From: Lama glama
Taxonomy: Eukaryota
Direction: 5' to 3'
Length of the DNA stretch: 64,000 bases
Assembly (NCBI GenBank): GCA_028534125.1
Contig: CM052816.1
Location: 35,528,001-35,592,000 of the forward strand
Shown: piece after piece, positions 22,720 to 35,399 of the stretch
Layout: each line of letters opens with the position of its first letter
Numbering within the stretch: the first letter of the stretch is position 1
The notes under the pieces: model-generated
The model's input: only the letters and a program-made list of their open reading frames with translations
What the model was told of the DNA's origin: nothing
Databases searched by the model: none
Made by a program: the position numbers and the translations under genes

Positions 22720-24750
22720 AAAGGTCCAGTTTATTCTAGAATATAAAATAGTATAATGGAGAAAACTTGTAAGGTGAATTTTATTGTCTTTGGTTTTAAA
22801 ATACCTGAGTTTGAAAAGAGGGTACAAAACATGTTGAATTTTAGCAAGGATTACTCAGTTTTATTGGCTTACTTCCTTGGTTCACTGATTAATAACCTTC
22901 AATTATAATATGAAAACTCATTCTTTAGCTTCTGTGTTATTTGCCTACATGGCAGAGATTTTGGGCCTTATCAGAATAATTTTATTTAAGAAAAAAAGAA
23001 CAAAGTCTTTTCATTTTTGAAAGAATTAAGGCTCTTTACAATCATGTTACCTTATATGTTTACTTTTTTAAATCTTTTATTACCATTTTGATTAAATGAG
23101 TAACCAAGTATTATTGCTCAGTAACCCATGATCCTATCTTAATTAAGTGTCCACATACCCTCTGACAGTGCTTTTGAAATTGCCTTCCCAAAATCAGAAC
23201 CCTAAGTTTAGAAAAAATAAAATTAAGATTTCAGGATATCTTTTACACCTTAAAGTATTTCTGAGAATTCCAAAAGGCCCCTGGGAAGACCACAAAGATT
23301 TGGTTTCTCATCTTATAAAAAGAGAGATGCAAAAATAATTAGGTTTGTTTGTTATGTTCCTATGGTAAGAATTGAATGGGTAGAGTTGTCATATTAGAAG
23401 AGATACTCATCCTTCTCTAGACTAGGTTTGTATAAGCAAATGTTATTGAGATGACTTTCAGAGTTTGTATGCTTTATTGGGTGCCCCTAGAGGTTTGCCA
23501 GTGCCCTTGCTGTTTGTAATAGGTGTTAACTCTCAGAGGAAATCAGATCAAAACTCATGAAATAGTATGCATTGTACCCCAATAGAGAATTTTACTTTCT
23601 TTCATTTTGATATTATTGGCTAAAGTAATAAATGAACCACATCCATTGAGTCTTTTTTTAGCCATCCATCTGTCTATCTGTGTATATCTATATCTATCTA
23701 CCTATATGCCTTGTAATTTGATGCTTGCCTGAGGACTCTGTTATAAGTTACAGCCCAGAGTCTGTGTCTTCAACAAATGACAGTTTTAGAGACTAGTGGG
23801 AATGGACCATAGCAAGTGCTTCAAACTATTGGCCTTTGGAAAAACAAAGACTCTTGCCCAAGTTTCTAAGTTAATACCACTTAGATACCTTTCAGACCCT
23901 ACCAATAAACTGAGTCAGAATTTCCAGAACTCTATTTAGTCCAGAGAGCAGACTGCTGTCCAAGATCCAGCAAACCAAAAATTAATTCCAGAGGACTAAA
24001 TGGAGTGATGGGGAAAATATTGTGGTTACTTGTTTGGAATATTGTTGATGGTTGTGTTATTGTTTCATTTTTTGGAAATATCAAGAAGCCCTTTCTCTTT
24101 CTTCTTAAGCAAACTGTAACCCACACAACTTAATAGACTCCGTTTGTGAGCTAAAATAAAACACTTTTACATGGTATTTTCTTCTCACTGATGCCCCCAA
24201 ATTCAGAAACTTTTACTAGGTCTGATTGCTTTTCATGATAATGTAGTTATTTGCATAAATTCAGTGAGAATCTATACGCCTTTATACCTGGATACAATTG
24301 GACAAATTGCCTGGAATTTATGATTTGAGAATGATACCCTTTTAATCCGCTATGACAGGTCATTTTTATGGAAAATGAAGGCTGATTTTACATATGGGGC
24401 CAATATTTGTCAAGCCCACCCACCCAGGGAAAAAGCCATCCAGGCTTACAAATGATAAAAAACAAAAAGGCATTGACTGGCAAGCCAGGAAAATTTCACC
24501 AGTTTTGAGGATCTCAAAAAGAGTGGAAGTCACCAAATTTATAGGTCCTACAGAAGAAATCTGGTGGAGAGAGTTTTGTGAAGTTGATTTTTTAACCTCA
24601 GGATAGCAAATAATAGAAGGTCTTAAGATTCCCATCCACAATTCTTTATGAAATTTTTCAATCATTAAGTTTATTTTATGGCCTTAATGCTTAGTGCTTA
24701 AGCACTAAGTTTGAATAGCAAACTCAAGGAAGCTTATATGGTTAGTTAAG
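22720..24750. mobile_element. Degenerate ERV internal-like sequence (MER4-group-like), non-coding
   Basis: AT-rich tract with motifs such as GTTATTTGCATAAATTCAGTGAGAATCT that I associate with non-autonomous ERV1 internal regions; no intact ORF. Confidence 0.4.
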
Positions 24751-24764
24751 ACTCTTGCTCACAG

Positions 24765-25190
24765 ACTTTTCTATAAAAGGTCAGTAGAAAATATTTTAAG
24801 CTTTGCAACAGGGCCAGGATCAGGGTGTGGTTAAATTTTTCCCCTTAATTACCCTTGTGCCCAAGGTAAATACCTCAGTTTCCTCACCTAGTTCTTGTCT
24901 TGCTTTGTGAGTCGTGTATTCTCTGTGGCAGCTTCTCAGCTCTGCCACTGCGGTGAGAAAGCAGCCACAAGCAATTTGTAAATGATGAATGTAGCGATAT
25001 TCCAATGAATTTTTAATTATGGAGACTGAAATTAGATTTTCACGTAATTTTCATGTCAACAGATTGTTCATGTTTTGGTGTTTTTTCAACTATTTAAAAA
25101 TGTGAAAACCATTATTAAGTTGTAGGAGGTTGTACAAGTTAGGCTTTGGGCTGAAATTGGCCCACAGGCTATAGTTTGCTGATTCCTGCC
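24765..25190. mobile_element. MER58-like hAT-Charlie element
   Basis: AAAATATTTTAAGCTTTG...CTCAGCTCTGCCACTGCGGTGAGAAAGCAGCCAC...TTGGCCCACAGGCTATAGTTTGCTGATTCCTG. Confidence 0.8.
24809..24902. mobile_element. Short hAT MITE (MER96-like) nested in MER58
   Basis: Degenerate TIRs CAGGGCCAGGATCAGGGTG / CCTCACCTAGTTCTTGTCTTG; 8-bp flanks CTTTGCAA / CTTTGTGA. Confidence 0.65.
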
Positions 25191-25774
25191 CTTGCTTCAC
25201 CTACATAAACCATCAGGCCATAAAACCAGGCTTTGTCTGTGTATGATTAAGAATAACCTTTGCAATTATTATTATCAAAGGAGAAGGGACTGTACAGAAA
25301 AAATCGTGGGAGATTTTTAAATGGCAAAAGAAAAAAATATTACAGGGTGTCCTATGAAATGCGAGGTGTTGTCTAGCCCCCCTTTGTCATTAATTTGTAC
25401 CTTTCATTGCCTCGGAATGATTTTACCACTCTGTTACTTACAGTAAACTGCTGGTAATGCAAGTTATTTTTTTCTGGTGAGGATGCGATTAATAACTTCC
25501 CTGTGAATTCTGACCATCTGTTTTTTCATCCATTAACAATTTCATTTCAGCACTCCTGATTGCCTCTATTCGTGTCTTGTCTTCAGAACTGGCCTTTTAC
25601 ACTTCTCTAGTTTCCTCAGTAATTGAGTTAAAACATTCTTTAACACATGTCTGTTTTATTTTTGTACAAGATTCATGATTTTATCTTTTAAAAAGATGTA
25701 TCCTTTAACAACGGGTTAAGGCAAACATTGTAAAAGTCCAGCTGCACACGCAGGGAAAGTGAGAATCTCTCTCG

Positions 25775-25960
25775 GGTTGTTCATTCAACATTTACCAACC
25801 ACCAGTATGTGTCAGGGTGTTAGGGATACAAATATGAATAAGGAAGACCAGTTCCTTCCTCCCAGAGTTCATGATCTAGTGAACTTCCCAGTCCTTAGTA
25901 TTGATTCGTGCATTCACTCGCTCTGTCACTCTACAAATATTTATTGAGGCCTATTGTTAG
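25775..25960 (-). mobile_element. Two L2 3'-end fragments
   Basis: TTCATTCAACATTTACC...TATGTGTCAGG...GGGATACAAATATGAATAAG; and CATTCAC...ACAAATATTTATTGAG. Confidence 0.65.
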
Positions 25961-27339
25961 TACTACAACTTGGTCACATTTGGGTTGAATTCACTTTTCA
26001 ACCCGATCTTCATGTCTTACTAACATGTTCAACGATGTTGCTGTGGGGAAAATGTGTTGTACTTCAAGCAACATTTTGTTGATCAAGTAAAAACCTTAGT
26101 GACATTTCCACAGCTTTCTCAAATAGAAGAGGTCAAGGTCCTACTCTCATAAATTCTCATCAGTACAAGATTAGTAACGGTTTACAAATGAATTTTTGAC
26201 TACTCTATTGGATTGGGAACTGCCTGTATTATCCATGGACTGCACAGATTCTTCCAGTGATGCTGTTATTGCTAAGAATGTTTCTCAAATTTCTTCTATG
26301 AAATTTCCTTCAAATGTGGAAGTACATTATTGTGAATACTTCAGTGTAGAAATCCGTCCATTTAAGGATGATTTGATTTTAGAAAGAGTCAAGTCTTTTG
26401 GAAAGAATTTTGGTATATTGGACAGATATGAGACTAAGGATCGAAAATGATAAGGTTTTAGATGACCTCCTTTCCATCTTCAGTCTTTTACCACAAGAAA
26501 AGTAGAAATCATCCAAAAGCTTTTTGGTAATTTAAAGCACATAAAGTATTCAGTATAAAGTACTAACTGGAATTTCCACTTGGGGCCTTCCAATTCTGCT
26601 CCCCCTACATCATTTACCAGTGGGTACCACTATTAACATTATGATGTATATCCACACCAAACTATTTAGGAGTTTATAAGGATAGATGTAAATACACTAA
26701 TCACACATATATTATAAAAACCTAGAATCCTGTGATACATATTTGCCTACAATTTTCCTTTTATTCATAACCATCATGGGCATTTGGTATATAAAAAAAG
26801 TGATATTATAGATCAGAGTGTTATCACTACACGTAAAAGACCTGAGGTGAGTGCAACTCATGCCCATGGATTCTTCAGCTAGTTTCAATAATGATCAGCA
26901 TTTCTCACGTCTCCCTCCTGATATTTTTTGCAGTATCATTTAAAAGTAAGTTGTGCATACCATGACATTTCACCTTAAATCTTTTAGTGTGCATCTCCTT
27001 AGCAAAAAAAAAGACATTTTCCTATATAATCATAATATTCTTTCAATGTCTAAGAAAATTAAAAAAATTAAAAATAATAATAAAAATTAAAAATTAAAAA
27101 TAACATCCAGTCCACATTCAAATATCTCCAGTTATACAAAGACAATTTTCTTAGTTGTTTTGTTACATTATTTTAAAACCAAAACTGATTCTAGGTTCAT
27201 ACATTTGATTTGGTATTTTTGTTTCTTCAGTCTCTTTAGATTTAGCTCAGATACCCTACTTTCTTTTCATGACAGTGAATTTTTGAAGAGTCTAGTTTAG
27301 ATGTCTTATAAATTATTGTGCTATATTCCTTTCTTTTAA

Positions 27340-28010
27340 ACTCAGGTTTACTAGGATATAATTTATATGTCCTTTTTAGTATGAGTTTTGACAAATGCAT
27401 TCAGTCATGTAATTGCTATGATGTAGAATACTTTTAACTGCCCCCAAAGTTCTATACTGTCTGTTTGCAGTAAACCCCTCCCTCCTGCCAGATTCTGGCA
27501 ACCACTGCTCTATTTTCTGTCCCTACAATTTTGACTTTTGGGGAAAGTCGTATAAATGGAATCCTACAGAATGTAGCCTTTTGAGTCTGACTTCTTTCAC
27601 ATGCTAGAGACTTTGAGTCTTATTGTGTGGATATACCAAAGTTTGTTCACCAGTGGAAAATGTTTGTGTGTAGTTTTTGACAGTTGTGAATAAAACTGCT
27701 ATAAATATTTGCATACAGGCTTTTGTGTAAACATATGTTTTCATGTCTCTTTGGTAAACACTTAAGATTAAGATTGTTGGATCATATGGTAATTGTGTGT
27801 TTAATTTTATAAGAAACTGGCAGCATGTTTTCCAAAGTGGCTACACTACCTTTCATTTCCACGTTCATTATACAAGTTTTGGTTGTTCCACATCCTTGCC
27901 AACACTTGCTATGCCAATCTTAAATTTTAGCCATTCTAGTAGGTGTGTGGTGGTATCTCATTATGAGTTTAATTTGAATTTTCTTAATGAACAATGATAT
28001 TGAGGACTAT
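27340..28010 (-). mobile_element. Old L1 3' region (L1MB/MC-like)
   Basis: TGGCAACCACTGCTCT...TAAATGGAATCCTACAG...TTTAATTTTATAAGAAACTGGCA...TTTTAGCCATTCTAGTAGGTGTG. Confidence 0.85.
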
Positions 28011-28337
28011 GTTTCAGGGGCAGGAAAGGATAGTTTTTAGACTGAATGTCATTGGAAATACCCTACCCCACCAGAACATTAAAGTCATTTCCCTATTGTC
28101 TTTTTTTGTTTCTTCCTTTAAGCTGTCTCTCTTTTGGCTGAGATTATAAACCAAGTCCTGATGCCTGTTTCAGTCTAGTCAAAAGCCTGCCAGAATTTTT
28201 CAGTCCTGAAATTTTTTACTTGCTTGTCTGGATTAGAGTTTCTCTACCAAAGGAGGGGAATGAGTTAAAGTTAGGAATTGTTTGGTATTTCTTGAAAATT
28301 ATTATCAATGGTAGCATACAAAAGTAGCTTTATCTCT

Positions 28338-28438
28338 GTCTTTTGATCTTTCTCTTTCACATACATACCTACAGACCTAACATAGTCTCTTGATCTCACT
28401 TTCTCTTTCACATACATACCTACAGACCTAACACAGTC
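28338..28438. repeat. Two-copy tandem duplication, ~51-bp period
   Basis: CTTTCTCTTTCACATACATACCTACAGACCTAACA(T/C)AGTC at 28348-28387 and 28399-28438. Confidence 0.92.
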
Positions 28439-30565
28439 AAAGGTGGTTTCACAGTAAATGTATTCCATGCTCATGTTTTATCTTAGAAACATTATGTTCC
28501 TATTAATCCACCCTTCAGAATTTCTATTCAGAGTAATCATTCTCCAATTGACCTTAGCAAATATTCCCTATAGTGTGTCTGAAAAGCACATTATTAATTT
28601 TCTTCATAGACTATTCTCCAAAACTACGTCTGTAAGAAGAGACTATGAAGTATATCTCAATACTGTTGAGGTATATTCTGGTACAGAAAGGCACAATCAG
28701 AAATGAGACATTTCAGGGGTGAGGAGAGGCTGGTTGGTGATAAAAGTAGATGAAATAGCATGAAAATGGGCAATACAATTTAAAGTATGTTTTAGGGTTA
28801 ATTTCCCTTCGAATTAAAGTTTCTTTAGAAATAACAAATTTTCTTGCAGTTCTTTATAGATTCTCATCACTTTCCAATGACTCTGTGTTCCACGAATCTT
28901 TTTAGTGAAGATTCTAACATATTTTAGTGCCCTTAACACTTCCAAAGTAAATTTTCTTCTTTCATTTTTTTTAATTTATAAGAATGTGTAGAGTGTTGGT
29001 CATGGGGAGAATATTATTTATCCTTTCATGGTTGACATGGCAAACGGCTGTATTAATTTTAGGAATAAGATTTCATCTGGATCCACAGCTCATAGGAACA
29101 GCACCTATCACTATCTGCAGTTTTGTTACCTGTAGGTAAGTCAGCCGTAAACACCTTCGATCTGTAGCCCAATAAAGATTCAAGTTAGACCTGACTCACT
29201 GATGTTTAGGGATGTCAATTTTTATAAATATGGAAGAAAATAGGAGGAAATATACTGATTTGTTAGGGAAAATTATTGGCAAAAGAATGGGGATTGGGAA
29301 GAAGACACATACACACACACACACTTACTTCCAACATAAGATTGAAATGAATGTAGAAAGTAAAAGGAAAAGAAGTCATAATAAACAGCATGCTTCCTAT
29401 AACAGCAGTTCTCTAGCTTTTTGGACCTATTCCCCTGAAGGGAGCAAAAGACCCTAACACCCATATTTTCTCATTCCCATTATTAGGTGGGGGTGGAGGA
29501 AGTGACCCTTAATAGCAAGTGTTGCTGAACAACCAGATTTTAGAGAAGACTATGTTTACATCTGTTTTCACAATTGAGTTATAGACAATATAATTTTTAA
29601 TCTCTGTATCCTAGTCTTAACATTTAATTAGTGGGAAAAAATGGACTCCAAATAGGTTTGATTCATTTGCATCACAACATACTGTATGCATAACTGAACA
29701 AACACACAAAAAACTAAATGATAAACAAACAGTAATGTATAATTCAAAAGCAAGTAGAACAGAATTGAAACCCAAAGCTACTCAAGATAACACAGGTGAT
29801 ATACTGATAAAGTGTCCTTCCAGAAATTTGAGGGAATTTATGTAATTTATGAGGTTAAACAGAACAGACTCCAAAATCATTTCTTTCACTGCATTCACAC
29901 TTACGTATGACTTTAACTTTCTATTTTAGAGAGGAAAAATAACTTTAAAAAGATACTTTATCATCCCTTTCTATATCCAAAGAGAAATATTCACTCCCTG
30001 AGTGGTGACAAAGAACAACCTCTTATCACTTGGCTAAGGGGGCAACATAAGGCAAGAAAATCTCATAATCCAGGGATTAATGAAGCCAGCAGTATCAGAT
30101 GGAGGATCAGAGGAGAGGTGAGTTACCTGGCATCACCACTCTTGCCACCCTTCCTCTGTCTCCCACCTGCCCCAGAAAGGATTACACCTTGAATGGTTCT
30201 TTTAATCTCTCTAGTATTGGAGTATGATTGTTTTTATCTCTGGAAGGTGAGATAAAACCCATATTATATAGGAAATGGGTTAGGAAGGGGCAACTTGCTA
30301 TAAGTAATCAGATTTGGGAATGGAGCAAACAAATTTGGAGCACAGACAACTGGCTGATTTTTATACCAATACCACAAATTGTTACCATGTAGAATATTGT
30401 CTTGTCATTTGAGTCACTAAAAGTAATTATAATTATCTATCCTATGTTTATTGTGAGCACAGCTGTAACATTCTAAAATTATATAATAAGAAACAAAAAT
30501 TATTAAATTTAGGAGGGAAAAGCATTAAATTGTTTAGGGAATCATGTAACTTAATTCTTTTCTAC

Positions 30566-30675
30566 TTTTTTTAAATTGAAGTATAGTCAGTTTACAATGT
30601 TGTGTCAATTTCTGGTGTACAGCACACTGCTTCAGTCATACATGAATATACATATATTCGTTTTTCATATTCTTT
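30566..30675 (-). mobile_element. Short L1 3' tail
   Basis: TTTTTTTAAATTGAAGTATAGTCAGTTTACAATGTTGTGTCAATTTCTGGTGTACAGC; same family as 2705-3252 and 62290-62370. Confidence 0.88.
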
Positions 30676-31059
30676 CTTTCTAAAGGCCCTGTTTAACCAG
30701 TTGAAAATGAGAAAATATCAGTTTTAATATAGTAGATAGCTGTGCATAGACAGAGTTGAGGGAATATGATGGTAGAATATTTTTGTGTTGTATTAATTTC
30801 ATTTAAGTAGAGGGAAATATATATATATATATGAATCTTAAGCAAAAAAAAGTAAAATAAACCCTTACATTTGCCTCAGTTATCACATCAATTTATGTAA
30901 AAGCGAGAGAACAGTGAATTCTCTGTATTAACTCTTGGTTGTTTCCTTTCATGAGCTTGAATTAATCTTTGGAGAGTTATGGATAATTGATTTTTTGCCT
31001 TTTTTTGTTTTCTGTTAAATTATATGAAGTCTTAGTTTCCACAGGACTGTGTTTGGTGA

Positions 31060-31520
31060 ATATATTTTCTATTCCCACAACAACAGACTACCACAAGTGG
31101 AGTGATTTAAAACGACACCTTTTCACTATTTCATAGTCCTGTAGGTTGGAAGTCCTGGTGTGGGCGCAGCTGCATTTTCTGCTCCGTTTCCCACAGGGCT
31201 GAAATCGAGGTGTCTGCGGGGCTGTATTCCCTGGGAGTTCAGGGCCTTCTTTCAAGCTGATGCATTGTTGGCAGAATTGAGAATTCTATAGGATGGAGGG
31301 CTGGCCTTCTTGCTGGCCATCAGCCAGGGGCTACTCACAGTTTTGGAGGCCACCAGCCATTTCCTGCCACAAAGCGCTCCACAACATGGGAGTTTGCTTC
31401 TTCAAGGCCAAAAGTACAGGATCTGCTGTTGCTGTGAATCTCCCTGATTCTGACTTTCAGGTCTTCTTTCAAAGATTTCACATGATTATATCAGGCCCAC
31501 CCAGAATAATTCCCTTTAAA
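31060..31520 (-). mobile_element. MaLR LTR (MLT1D/E-like)
   Basis: AACAGACTACCACAAG...GGCTGAAATCGAGGTGTCTGC...TTGTTGGCAGAATT...GGCCCACCCAGAATAAT. Confidence 0.8.
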
Positions 31521-32934
31521 ATGCAAGTGATAAAATATAATAAAATTTAAAAATGAAACTGATGAGCCATTTTATGTGCTGGTAATTCAAGAGTAAACAA
31601 AGTAAGGCTTAATTCTGATTGAGGTGATAGTGAACTGTGATAACTGCTGTGAAGAAAATGAACAGGGTGGTGTGACAGGGTAACCAGGGAAGAGCTTTTG
31701 TGACAGGAGGTGGTACCTGGGCTGAGACCTGGAAGATGAGCATGAATCAGTCATGGGAAGAGCTGAGGAAGGAACAGTAAGGTAAAAACGGAACTTTTAT
31801 CTTGGGCCTGAAACAAACTATTCAAGAGGACAGATGACCTCCTGAAGGGAATTCTCTGAAAGCTAGCTAAGTTGTTTCTCTGCTTTTGGCTTTCAGTATC
31901 ACAGCAAAAACAGAATTTGATAAGGGATTAAATTTATTGAACGCCTGGGGTGTTACATGATTTCCAGACACATAAAACAATGTCTTCTGCCCCTAGAGTG
32001 TCCTTCTTGGCCATTCATTGCACCTTTATAATCGGTGGGATCAATGGCACATCAACTGCTCTACTTTTATCACTGGTGCCATGGGATGTTTTAGCCATTT
32101 ATAACAACCATCATTACCCAACTGCAAGCATGAAAGCCGTTTATACTTGGGTGTGTTTTTATAGGCAAATGTGAATTTTAAAGTGAGTACATACATTTCA
32201 CCTCAGAAAGAAGAAAGAAAAGGCTTTTCTTTTAAACCATTTTCAATATTTTAAATTTACATATTGGCTTTCAGGGTGAATCTGACCATGTAATAACACA
32301 TATCTACCCCAGGTTTGAATTTTATTCAAACATGTATATATTTTATATTATACAATCCATTATTACACCACAATGTTATCTGTTGAAATAAGTTATATGA
32401 ATATACAAGTTGCTGTTTTGGGGTTCTTCATTTCTTCCCTATCCAGCATCCCCTCCTCTACCTAATTCATAAGCAAGTTACTAAATCCTGAAAATTCCAT
32501 GTAAGAGATGTTTCTCAATCCCGCTTCTACTTCATTATCCTCACCACGATGGCCTTAATTCATGCTTTTAAGGCCCATCCATTGATCCTCTGAACAGTCT
32601 TAACTGATCTTCCTGCTAAGAGCCTCTTCCTCCTCTAGTCCATCTTCTATAAGGTTGCCAGATTATCTTCCTAAAAACTGAACAGAGTCCATGTCATCAT
32701 GGAATTTACACTCTAGTAGAAGAGACTGAAAGTGAAAAAAAGTGACAAAATAAACGTGATAATGAGATATAAAGAAAATAAAAGCAAGGTAAGAGGAAAA
32801 GTAAAGGGGTGTGTAATTTAATTTTATTTCTTTAACTGAGATATAATAGACAAACAGCAGTATAAAATTTAAGGTGAACAGCATAAGGAGGGAGTGATTT
32901 TTGATAGGATAGTGACATTTGATTATGATTGTTA

Positions 32935-33490
32935 ATGCTTTCCAGCCAAAAACCAACAGGAACACACCCATAGTCAAACCATGTTGGGTTTATTAACTTG
33001 TTACAAACAGGCACATAGTACAATGTGATGAAATGTGGAGAGTCTCAGTAAGAAGGTGTAAAAGACTTATAGGATTTTGGCTTGTGGTTGGTGATTTTGA
33101 GGAAAGTTCAAGGCTTTGGTCTGGATTGGATGTTGTCAGGAAGGAGCTGTTATTCTATGGTTGGATATTTTAATAATTGTTATCTAGAAGGTAGGAACAG
33201 TGGAGCAAGGCTTAGGTTGTAATTGGTTAAGAAAGAGTAATAACTTATATTAGGCAGAATGTTCATTTTTGTGGTTTGGAGAGTGCTGTGTTCAGACATT
33301 ATGAAGGCATCTTATTTTTGTCTCATTTATTATGGTCACAGAGTGGCCACATCTGATGTTGAAGTTTTGTGATATTGTTTTTTGTTCAACAGAACACACA
33401 AACCTAGTTAAGAATGCCAGTAACACCAAGGCCTAGTGAATAGTACAGGCCAGCTCCTGGTTGTTCAGGCTGCTTTCTTTTTTCTAACAA
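32935..33490 (-). mobile_element. Probable ERV solo LTR
   Basis: Reverse AATAAA (GGGTTTATT ~32987); ends TTCTAACA (TGTTAGAA on the minus strand). Confidence 0.55.
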
Positions 33491-33949
33491 ACTGCTATAA
33501 TTGTCTCTAAACTGCAATTCATAACTCTTACTCATAATTCTGTTTCCTGAATATTTAGAATACTTATCAGTATTATTATTTAGGGTAATGAGTTCTTAAA
33601 CTCCTTATATCTCTGGTGACAATATTAGTAATGTACTTAATCCTTACTAAAACATATGAAAGCCTCTGCTACATGCTGTGGTAGAGAGAAAAGCAGCCAC
33701 CTGCTTGTGGCTGAATGGCTCTGGAACTGGAAATAAGAACAGGTGCTGTGAATTTCAGAATCCACTTCAAAAGTCTCAGAGTCACTTGCTTCATCTCTGA
33801 AAACAAGAAGCTGTAGTTAGATTTTGCGTGTAGTTCTAATAGGTCTGCATGGTGCCAGGCTGTCTATGTAGTAATCACATGGGAGCTTGGTAAAATCAGG
33901 TAGAGACTCTAGGGCTCCAACTCCACAGTATAAATCAGCCTAAGTGTTT

Positions 33950-34220
33950 GTGATTCATTCATGTTGTTTCCCTCCCTTCCTCCCCTCCTTTTAATTGCTT
34001 AGTAGTATTCTATCCAATGAGTATACCAGTTTGTTCTACTGATGGACATCTAGGTTTCTTGTTCATTTTGCTGGTCATGAATAAAGCTGCTATTAGTATT
34101 TTTGTACAAGTCTTTTTGTGGATATTTGCTTTTCTTTTTCTTGGATAAATACCTGTAAGCGGAATTGCTGGGTCATGTGTGTTTAATTTATATGAAACTA
34201 ATTGGTCCACAATTTTGACA
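33950..34220 (-). mobile_element. Old L1 fragment (ORF2 C-terminal region)
   Basis: The ORF-track peptide HDPAIPLTGIYPRKRKANIHKKTCTKILIAALF is a degenerate L1 ORF2 C-terminus. Confidence 0.85.
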
Positions 34221-35399
34221 GAGAGAAAGTAATAAAAAGGCTTAGAATACCCTCTCCTTTTGCTCAAAGTGTAGGCTGGAAGAGATGCAAAGGATTTCCC
34301 TTCCTCACCAGTGAAGCTCTGGGGCCCTGGAAGATGCTTCTAAAATCAGAGGGATGAAGGCTGTGTGGATAATATCTGTAGGGAAATGTAGTTTAGGCAG
34401 TGCATTGAAAAAAAAATATATATATATAAACTCTTTCATGAATCTTTGCCTCTAGGTTTCTTGGAATCCCATCTTACTGTGACTAAACTCAGAATGGGAG
34501 ATGTCTGAATGTTTGCAGACCTAAAATAAAAGTCATTCCTGACAAAGAGGCCTCTATTAGCAAAATTTTGATGGTATGTCGGTGAAGGCTGGGTGTGGCT
34601 GGCCACTGTGGTGGGAAAGTCACATAAGCTTTAACAGTGGTCCCTAAGCGGGCAGGCCTTGAATCTTGCAATATTGCTTCCTCAGTCAGGTCTCTCAGTT
34701 ATCTTCAGTAGCTTTAAAAAAAAAAAACAATCGGCCACCTTCCACCTTTCAGCAAGTAACCAGGCTCCACTTACAGGAAAACAGAGACCGTTTGAAAAGA
34801 ACTCTTTCAGTTTCTTGTCAGAAATGTCCACCTATCTGGATTTATCCTTGATCTAGCCTTTCCTCCTTCCTTCCTGACACAGTGAAGGCGGTATCCCTCC
34901 CAACGTCACCACCATTCCATCTTCTCAGGGGTCTTGTTGTGTGATCTTCTCGCATTTTCGCGCCTCCTTTTATACCCGCTCATTCTCTTCAGCTTCTTCA
35001 ATTCCTCCCTTGCAGAACCGTTCGCTGTTTCTCCCTTGTGAAAACTAACCTTTCAACACCAGGTAACACTCTAGATACTGCCTTATCTCTATGGTCTCAT
35101 TACAGTCAAACCTTCCAAAGGGTTGTCTGCAAAGCATACTTCCTCTTTTCTTTCTCACCTGGGTCTTCAGGGTCCCCCTAGAACCGTTCATCATATAGCA
35201 GGCACTGCACATTTTTAAAGTACTGTATATGATGGATGGACAGATGGGGACTCCGAGGGTGCAAGCAATAAAGTCTAGCGCCCTGAGATATTGGGTGACT
35301 CACTAGGTTGAGAAGCTGTTTAACCTTCTGGCGTGTAAAGATAATTTGATAGGCACTTTCATTTTGAAATAAAGTTATGGAAAGTCAGTAGTCGGCCTC

